Source: Chlorokybus atmophyticus (lineage: Eukaryota; Plantae; Mesostigma and Chlorokybus algae). Taken from it: a DNA stretch of 64,000 nt. The notes below the pieces were generated by a model, which was not told where the DNA came from, did not search any database, and saw nothing but the letters and a program-made list of their open reading frames with translations. Below, piece by piece: positions 56,413 through 64,000 of the stretch. How positions within the stretch are numbered: position 1 is the stretch's first letter; every line of letters begins with the position of its first letter. The position numbers were made by a program, and so were the translations under genes. Location of the stretch: positions 1-64,000 of the forward strand of contig RHPI01001553.1 in the NCBI GenBank assembly GCA_009103225.1. The letters run 5' to 3'.

Positions 56413-59400
56413 ATGTACATGGCTGACACTCTGCTGCTGCAGAGTCGTTTGCAGGAGGAGTGCGATTTCCAAACCTCTTGTCAAGTGTTCATCTGTCACA
56501 GGGGACCCGACACCAAACACAACATTGCAGATGCGCTGTACCATGAGCTCACAACAAAACACGGCTTGAAAGTCTTCCTTGATGCCCGCAACCTTCCCGC
56601 GACCGCCGGCGCGGACACTCCAGCAGCCATTCAGCAAGCGCTGCGATCTGCGCCGGTTGGCGTCGCCATTCTGTCCAGCACCTTTTTTGACAGCAAAGAT
56701 TGCGCTTCCGAGCTAAGAGACATGCTGGATGCTCGTGACCGCAAGCAAGGTTTTGTCTTTCTTCCCCTGTTCTTTCAGATAAAGGTGAATAAACTTTCAG
56801 TGAAGACACTGACCTCACGAAAGCGGCAGAAGTGGTACGATCAAGCTGAATCTAGAATAAAAAAGGAGGACCTGGCCAGCTACATTACAAGAGTCAAAGG
56901 TATTGTTGGAAAGGAGTACAACCCTGAGATGTGGAACACTGAGGAGATTCCGCCCTTTGCTCTACACTTGCGCCGCCTTCTGCCGGTATGTTAGTGTCAA
57001 CTGCTCATCATGAGCAGGTGCACAGGTATGTTTGACAGTCCGTTTCTAGACCAGCATTGATTGCTGTATGGGACGCAGGATGACCCCCACATATGCCTTG
57101 ACAGTATACTGCCGAACTGGCTTGATCAGCTGCAGCGTCAGCGCAAAATGCTGTCATCCCCCGAGTCATCTCAGGGACGCATTGTTGGCCTTCTCTATGA
57201 GCACAGCAAGGAGCAGTTGGACTTGATGATACAGAGTCTGGAAGGATTGAAGCAGCGTAGTGAAGACATCAAATCCAGCATGCGCCACATCAGCAGGAGC
57301 GGAGCCAACGGCCAAGGTATGTATGCTGCAATGTCAGCTGCCCTTCTTTGGGTCATTGCTATGGACATCTAGATCCTCGCATAGTTTGTTGTACTACTGC
57401 TATCGCTTCTTATGCTGCTAATGCGTGCGGTTCAGACTTGTCCGTACTCTCCAGCATGGAGTGTTTGGAAATCGCATGTCGGGCAATTGTTTGGGTGGCG
57501 TGGGGCTGTGACATCGCTTGTGTTGCTGCTCTGGTGCTGCCGGCTGTCATCCATGGTCACCAGCGTGAGCGGCCGAATGAGTCCGTAGACAATGTGTTGA
57601 ATAAGCTGACCCTCACACGGCCTTTGGCGAACAAACTGCGCGATGCAATGCAAGACTGGACGTATCCTCGGGTTTTGGGAGGAGCTGTACGGGGCATACT
57701 GTCTTCTCGAATTAACACAAGGGTTCAGGGTAAGTAGTAGTGAGAGCAGGCCCTGCTGCCCGTTGAACAGGGATTGTCCCATTGCAGAGATGCGCAGTGT
57801 CAGTGGTAGCGATCAGTCAGAACTGCACCGCATCACCCCATGCACAAAGCTTGCTGCATTCCGTGGACCACTTGTGCGCCTGCGGTCGACAGTCCCCAGC
57901 TGCAATCCTTGCTGTGTGTTTTACTGATTAAATGTCTGTGCCTTGCAGAGCTCTACATTGATTTGGCTAATGCAGTGATACAAGCAAACAACCATCTTGG
58001 CAAACCGGGGCTGCTGCCTCCCTTTGACCGTGCTGCAAAGGACACAGCTTTCAAAAAAGGGAACACGAGGTTGAAGGAGGTACTGGAAGCAGGGTTGCCA
58101 ACAGACCAGCTGCAGCCTAGGCGTGCGGAGTGGCTACAGCAGTGGCAGGATGCTTTGCTGGTGGGTTTGCTTGACGAAGCCGCCTTGCAGACGTTAGCGA
58201 AAACGGCCGTGGAAGAGGTGTGGAGAGGATCCTGGAAGGTGGTGCGCGAGCCTGCAGAGCGAAGTAAGCAATATGCAGCTGAAGAAGCAGGCGACTTGGA
58301 GTCAGCAGTCATCACGAGAGATGATCAAGCTGAAGACGCTCCCAACATGCTGCTGGGTTCCGCTGCTAGCCAGAGCAACGTTGCAATTGCGCAATCTGAA
58401 GACAACAACGCAGATGGGCCGGTTGATACCCCTTCCACTGGGAAGCCTGTGGCGCATGAGACACAAGCCTCCTGGTCCGTTCTGGTCGAAGATGATCAAA
58501 ACAAGCAACAACGGCGCATTGTCATTGAGGTGCCTGAAGTAGGCGCACTCCCGGACGGTCTGGTTCGGGACTTGTGTGCCAACATGAAACGTGAGATGAA
58601 AGCCAAATCCGTCAGTGGGTACCCTGGCTCCCTTCTCGTGTTTGTAGACATGGAAACACCTGCATCAGAGTCGCTGGAGCGACTTGTGGAGAAGGTGCTG
58701 AGGAAGCCTGTGGCGCATGAGACACAAGCCTCCTGGTCAGTTCTGGGCGAAGATACTCCCAACAGGCAACAACGGCGCATTGTCATTGATGCGCCTGAAG
58801 TGGGCGAACTCCCGGACGGCCTGATGTTGGCGCTGCGTGCCCACATTATAGGTCAGATGAAAGCCAAATCCGTCAGTGGGTACCCTGGCTCCCTTCTCGT
58901 GTTTATAGACGTGGAAACACCGGCATCAGAGTCGCTGGACCAACTTGTAGAGAAGGTGTTAGAGTGCTGGCATCAAGCAGTAGAAAGCGCTTGGCAGACT
59001 GTGGTGCGCTCTGTCATGCGCAAATATATGCCACAGGACTTCAAGCAGGACTTGAATTTGATGCAGCGATATACAGTGCAGCTTGGAGCCGAGCGTTTTG
59101 TCATTGTTGATGAAGGTTTGTCGCGGTGTCCTCGTGCACTGTGACACCGCTGCCGATTGCTGTGCATGGCACATTCACTGCTGTTTGGTCCTTACAAGCG
59201 TTGTGCAAACCAGGTGGGGTTTTTTGTCAGATACTGACTCTTGAAGATCAACCAAGGCTTGCTGGACAGATTGCTGTCAGTGGTGAGACCTTCTATGCAT
59301 ACATGCCGTCAACAGTTGGTTTGGTGGTCGTTTTCAGATCAAGTAATGTATTGGCCGATCACTCCCTCCTGCAAATCATCCCTGTGTGCCTCTGCTCTGC

Positions 59401-60907
59401 AGTTGAATACGATGATGACGTATGTGACGGTATAAAGATAACGAAGGCCGCGGTGTGTTGGGGAGCAAACAGCACTGGATCATTTGCCCCGACCCTGTAC
59501 TATAGGTTGCATGCAGAACGCAAGCTTGTTCAACTCGAACAGCGCCTCGAACCGTCAGATGGCATGGTACGTGCGGGCTACAGCTTCTTGAAATTGTTCA
59601 GGCACGTGCACCAATACTTGTGAATGTTCAAATCAAGTCCACAACATATCTTCTGCATCTTGCCAATTACAAACAGCGGCCATGCATGCGTTATGTGAAG
59701 TGTGGTTGTAGCTGACGCTTGGCTTGCTATTTCCGAGGGCCCTGCTACACTGAAGTGGAAAACCACATTGCCAGCAGAAGCCCTGAGGCTGGATGCATTT
59801 CTGGAAGCAACAAGGGATCAGCTGTGGGGCAATGCCATTAGCCTGTCGGTAAGTACATGCATGCACCTTGCAATTACGTTATGTGGACCGAGCTGGTGGC
59901 GTGATGGGTTGCTGCAGCAACCCAGACAGCTGTCTGAGCTCTTGAGTGCTGTTCAGCGCACGCATGGCAACACCTTTGAGAGCTTCAGTAGCAGCAATGA
60001 ATCCTTATGTTATGCTGCGGCTGTGCAGGATGTACTCGCAAGTGTCCACGCACCAGAGGACGGGAGGGCAGCCAGTGGCGTTGGCTCACTGAGCACAGCC
60101 ACTTTCAAATTGCAATGCTTTGTAACTGTGGCAGGCACGCTGAGATTGTCCTGCAAGTTTAGTGGGACCGTGCCGGCTATTGTCTGGGAGCAGACTGAGC
60201 TGCGCGAGCTGTGGCTGGATGGCAATGGATTGGAAGAGCTGCCCTCAGGAGTGGGGAATTTGAGCAAACTGGAAAAGTTGGTGCTGAGCAACAACAATTT
60301 GAAAAGCATACCAAGAGAACTCGGTAACCTCAAAGAGCTTCGAGTGCTGCTGCTTGACGGCAACAAGCTCACTCACGTTGCCGGCATTGAGACGCTAACT
60401 GCCCTGGAAGAATTGGCATTACAGAAGAACAAATTCGCAAAGCTGCCGATCGAGGTTTGCATGCTCCAGGATCTGCAACGCCTGAACCTGCGCTGCAACT
60501 ACTTGAAGGCGCTTCCTTTAGCCATCAAGGCGTTGAGCAAGTTGCGAGTTCTGAACCTTGATGACAACCGGTTAAGAGCACTGCCTAAGGAGATTCAGCA
60601 CCTGACAGAGTTACAGGAGCTCAGTGTATTAAGGAATAAGCTCAATCACTGGCAGTTCCCAGAGGTTGTTGTCACGTTGCTTCGTCTGAAGAAATTGCAG
60701 TTGGATGGCATATTCAATGCCAGATTCAACATATTTTGGGAAGGACTAGATCGCCGGCTTCAGCAATGCCAGATTGCAAACAAACTGCAGGACAGTGACG
60801 GTACTGCCGCGGCTGCGAGCACATCAGCGCCCGAGACAGGCAAAGAGCTTGCAAACAGCAGCAGCGCAAATCAATTTGAAGGCCAATCAGTCCCCAGGGG
60901 CAGATGA
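56413..60907 (+). CDS. Multi-exon TIR - unknown - 2x 87-aa repeat - LRR protein (~1240 aa model), no NB-ARC
   Basis: Phase-consistent model 56413-56985, 57079-57316, 57436-57729, 57949-59115, 59247-59570, 59712-59848, 59918-60907. TIR motif QVFICHRGPDTK...LKVFLD...SKDCASEL; about 8 LRRs of the LxxLxLxxNxLxxLP type at ~60200-60712. Start site and some junctions uncertain. Confidence 0.75.
58441..58962 (+). repeat. In-frame tandem duplication of 261 bp (87 aa)
   Basis: Units 58441-58701 and 58702-58962, both KPVAHETQASWSVL...RRIVI...KAKSVSGYPGSLLVF...ETPASESL...LVEKVL. Confidence 0.95.
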
Positions 60908-61914
60908 GACTTTCTCATGGGCCAGGGAGTTGCGGACCCAGTACCAGCTGCAAATCGAGGGGTGGTCATGACCAAAACAAGAAGCCATCAGGAGCAAGCA
61001 GCGTTCTTAGTCGCCCTAGTTTTGGCTGGGCATGCATGCCACATCAATAACAATTAGCGCACCTCATGCAGCTGTTTCATGCCTCATCATGCGCATTGTG
61101 AGTAGCATACATGGTCACTCACAATGCGCATGAGTGTACAAAAGGGGTATGCTGCTGTGCCAACATGCATGGTGTGAAACATGCAAACAACATGCATGGT
61201 GTCAAGCACACCACACTCACTTGCACTCTTATTACAACAGTCACCACCGGGCTATGTCTACCATCAGCGCGCTAACACTACCTGCCCCGTTAGACATGCA
61301 TGCATAGCCAGGTTGATCACCTGCACAGCGGCTGTGGTCAGCGGCCACAGCCTGTATATAAGAGATAGTATCCTACATTAGTAGCATGCAAGGTGTCACA
61401 CACAAACATACGATGGCATGCATAGTGCAGCACACGGCACATGCAATGGCAGGCTCACACTTCATTACATTTACTCACCACCGAACTGCTAACTCTACCT
61501 AACACTACCTGCCTACCCCGTCAGTCAATGCAGCATGCATGTCAGTCAATCACCTGCCCACAAGGGCTATATACACTTTCCCCACCGCGGTTTGTGCATA
61601 TATAACAATTCATGTTGTTATGCGGCACGCGCGTGCATGATTACGACGTGGCATAATTGAACACATCTTGCGTTTTGTAGCGTTAGCAATCACATATTAT
61701 AGACCATATGAAGCATTGCTTCTGCTATAACATGGCTTGCGGACACATAGTTGTAAAACTCACGTGCAAGATTGGGACTGCAGCCCGCGGGTCCTGAGGC
61801 ATGTCAGTACGCAATGCCCCAGCACTGCTATCAGTATACGCATGCGCCCATATGCGCGCGCGCAAGAGAGGGGGGAATCCCCCCCCCCTCCCTCCGGAGG
61901 GAGAAGAGGGGGGG

Positions 61915-64000
61915 TGTAACAGTCAAGGCCAAATTCTGTGATTTTCATGGCCGTTTTAGGCCTTATTTGTAAGGTACATGTTTTTAATGACTTGTGGCGG
62001 ATATCGGCGAGTTATGAGTCTGCCGCGGATATCGACCGGGGCCCCAAGACCAGTCCGGAAGGTGCCAGAAAACGGAGGGCCAGTCGAGAAGGGCTCGACC
62101 AGATTTCTGGAAGGGCCTGGCGCCAAGTAGTATAACTTGACCATATGAGCAGCAAATTAGGAGATCTTTGGTGCGTTGGAAAGGTCTAGAAGTGTACTAC
62201 AAGATTCTACAAGAATATCTTAGCTTCTAGTTCCGTCTAGCGCTAGAATCGTCTAGTCAGTAGCATGTGCAGACTGGTAGGTATAAAAGTGACATTCTAC
62301 AACTTGCAATACAACCTTTAGCTCCCTAGTTTCTTGTGTGCAAGCTTGGTGGTGGCTAGCAGGGGTTGCTAGCGTGTGTCCACCGGTGTGTGCTTGCTTG
62401 TGTGACGATCCAAGGCGCTACACAAGTCGGTGTGTAGCTTCGAGCGCATGCGCGTGCGTACGCGAGTGGCGGGGCGCGCGTGTGTGCTTGGCAGAGGGGG
62501 CAAGGTTCCGGTGTGAATACCGTGTCTTGGTGAGAGGGTTGTGGATTGGACCAACTCACAGGTGACAAGGCACGAGCACCGTCACAACTGGTATCGGAGC
62601 ACGGTTTACGAAGGTGAGAGAGGAAGTGTGTGGGCGTTTACACTTTTCATTCGGAAGCGGAGTGTAGTGTGTTAGTGGAGATGGAGGATGCTCGCATGGA
62701 AGAGCTTCAAGCTGCCATCTTGGCACTGAGGGAAGAGCTTCATCACACTCAAGCGGCGGCACAAGCACAACGCGAGGCGTATGAGCATGCGATGGCGCGT
62801 GTATAAATTCCCATGGCATCAAGCTCGCGCGTGCATGTGAAGGTGCCAAAGCCCAAGCCCTTTAAGGGTCAACGTGATGGAGATGCAGTGGATGAATGGA
62901 TTTTTCAAGTATCGTCTTGGTTGAAGCTCACGGAGGTGCCCACGCATCTGCACGTGGAGGTTGCAGCGACATTGCTTGAAGGTGCAGCACTTGTGTGGTG
63001 GAGGCATCGATGTACGCGTGTTGCAAACGGGTTGGCGCTACCATTGACCACCATGGAAGAGTTGGCACTGGAGGTCAGGCATCAATTTGTTCCCGTTGAG
63101 AGCGTGAAGGCCGCACGCGACAAACTTGCAGCCCTTGTGCAAATGGGGTCGGTGATGGCGTACACGGCCGCATTTCAGCGATTGGTGATGTCCATACCCA
63201 ATATGACCGAGGAGGAGCAGTTGGACAGGTATACACGTGGTTTGAAACCTTTGGGGCGTAAAGAAGTGGAGCTACGGGACCCGAAGACACTCGTGGAGGC
63301 TATACGCATCGCGGAGCGTCTCGACGCGTTGTACTTCAAATCCACCACAAGAAACACTGACTGGAGGCAAAGGCATGGTGATCAGCCCCGGGGAGGCTTT
63401 TAACATGCATGGAGACGAGGAGAACCAAGTTCAGCACTTGCCAATGGAGGTGGAGCTGACTCTGGGCCTGCACCAATGGAGGTGGGTGCCATACACACGC
63501 ATGGAAGTGAGGCGAAGCACGGCGGACGTGGTGAAAGAGGTAAAGGTGTGCGCAAGTGTTATGCGTGTGGGTCGACGGAGCATTTGGCGTACGGATGCCC
63601 CAAACGAAGCACGCAAAGGCCAACACCGGATGGCAACCCTCGCCGTGATCGTCGCGTCAACACCATGGAGCAAAATGGCGTGGAGCAGGAAAACGACTTC
63701 CCCCAGTAGGTGAGGAGGCTACTGCTGGGGATAGGAAGGAGCCTCATGCACGGACGGATGCTGTGACATTTCCATTAAAGAAGCAAGAGGAGATGGCTTT
63801 GAACGCGCCAATGGTGGTGAGTTATGCAAACGAGGAGACAACAAAGTACTTCGGGCTTCGAGCACACATTTGCGATGACCAAGGACGATGGAGAGAGTGT
63901 AAGCTCATGATTGATAGCGGTGCCAACAGCAACTTCATGAGTATTGATATCGCGCGGCGTTACGGTTGGCTTTCGTCATTACGAGGAGGTGAAGTGAAGC
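61915..64000 (+). mobile_element. 5' part of a Ty3/Gypsy element C (LTR 61915-62586, PBS, gag, protease start)
   Basis: TGTAAC...GTCACA LTR, PBS TGGTATCGGAGC at 62589-62600 (tRNA-iMet 3' end). gag from 62681 with in-frame TAA at 62804 and 63401, KPKPFKG, GPAPMEVG, knuckle CYACGSTEHLAYGC; protease IDSGA at ~63910. Confidence 0.85.

Noticed and set aside
57079-59570. NB-ARC/NACHT domain between TIR and LRR
   Set aside because: No Walker A or Walker B motif in the modelled exons.

Overview
Eukaryotic chromosome end, most likely a (streptophyte) green alga. This is inferred from the plant-type TIR domain, GT-AG introns and DNMT-bearing Gypsy elements. The window starts in a (CCCTAA)n telomere. 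0.1-28.6 kb is a nest of retroelements: a degraded Ty3/Gypsy element (A) whose polyprotein contains a Dnmt3-like C5 cytosine methyltransferase between protease and RT, interrupted by three nearly intact Ty1/Copia elements (one inverted) and a 5'-truncated L1/Tx1 LINE. 29-34 kb holds an uncharacterised minus-strand gene remnant and a 5-exon gene fusing a long N-terminal/coiled-coil region to a CENH3-like histone H3 fold. 35.6-51.8 kb holds a pogo/Tigger DNA transposon, a 2.7 kb near-identical duplication (possibly two haplotypes joined at an N), and a second, more complete DNMT-Gypsy (B) ending in integrase + PHD finger with an unusual A-B-A terminal repeat. After a palindrome-rich stretch and a ~950 bp (CT)n array comes a ~7-exon gene: TIR - helical region - two tandem 87-aa SEA/TRADD-N-like units - LRR, with no NB-ARC P-loop. 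The window ends in the 5' part of a tRNA-iMet-primed Gypsy. Assembly joins (N) occur at 15790-15960, 39684 and 55255. All domain calls are by motif recognition; no database searches were run.
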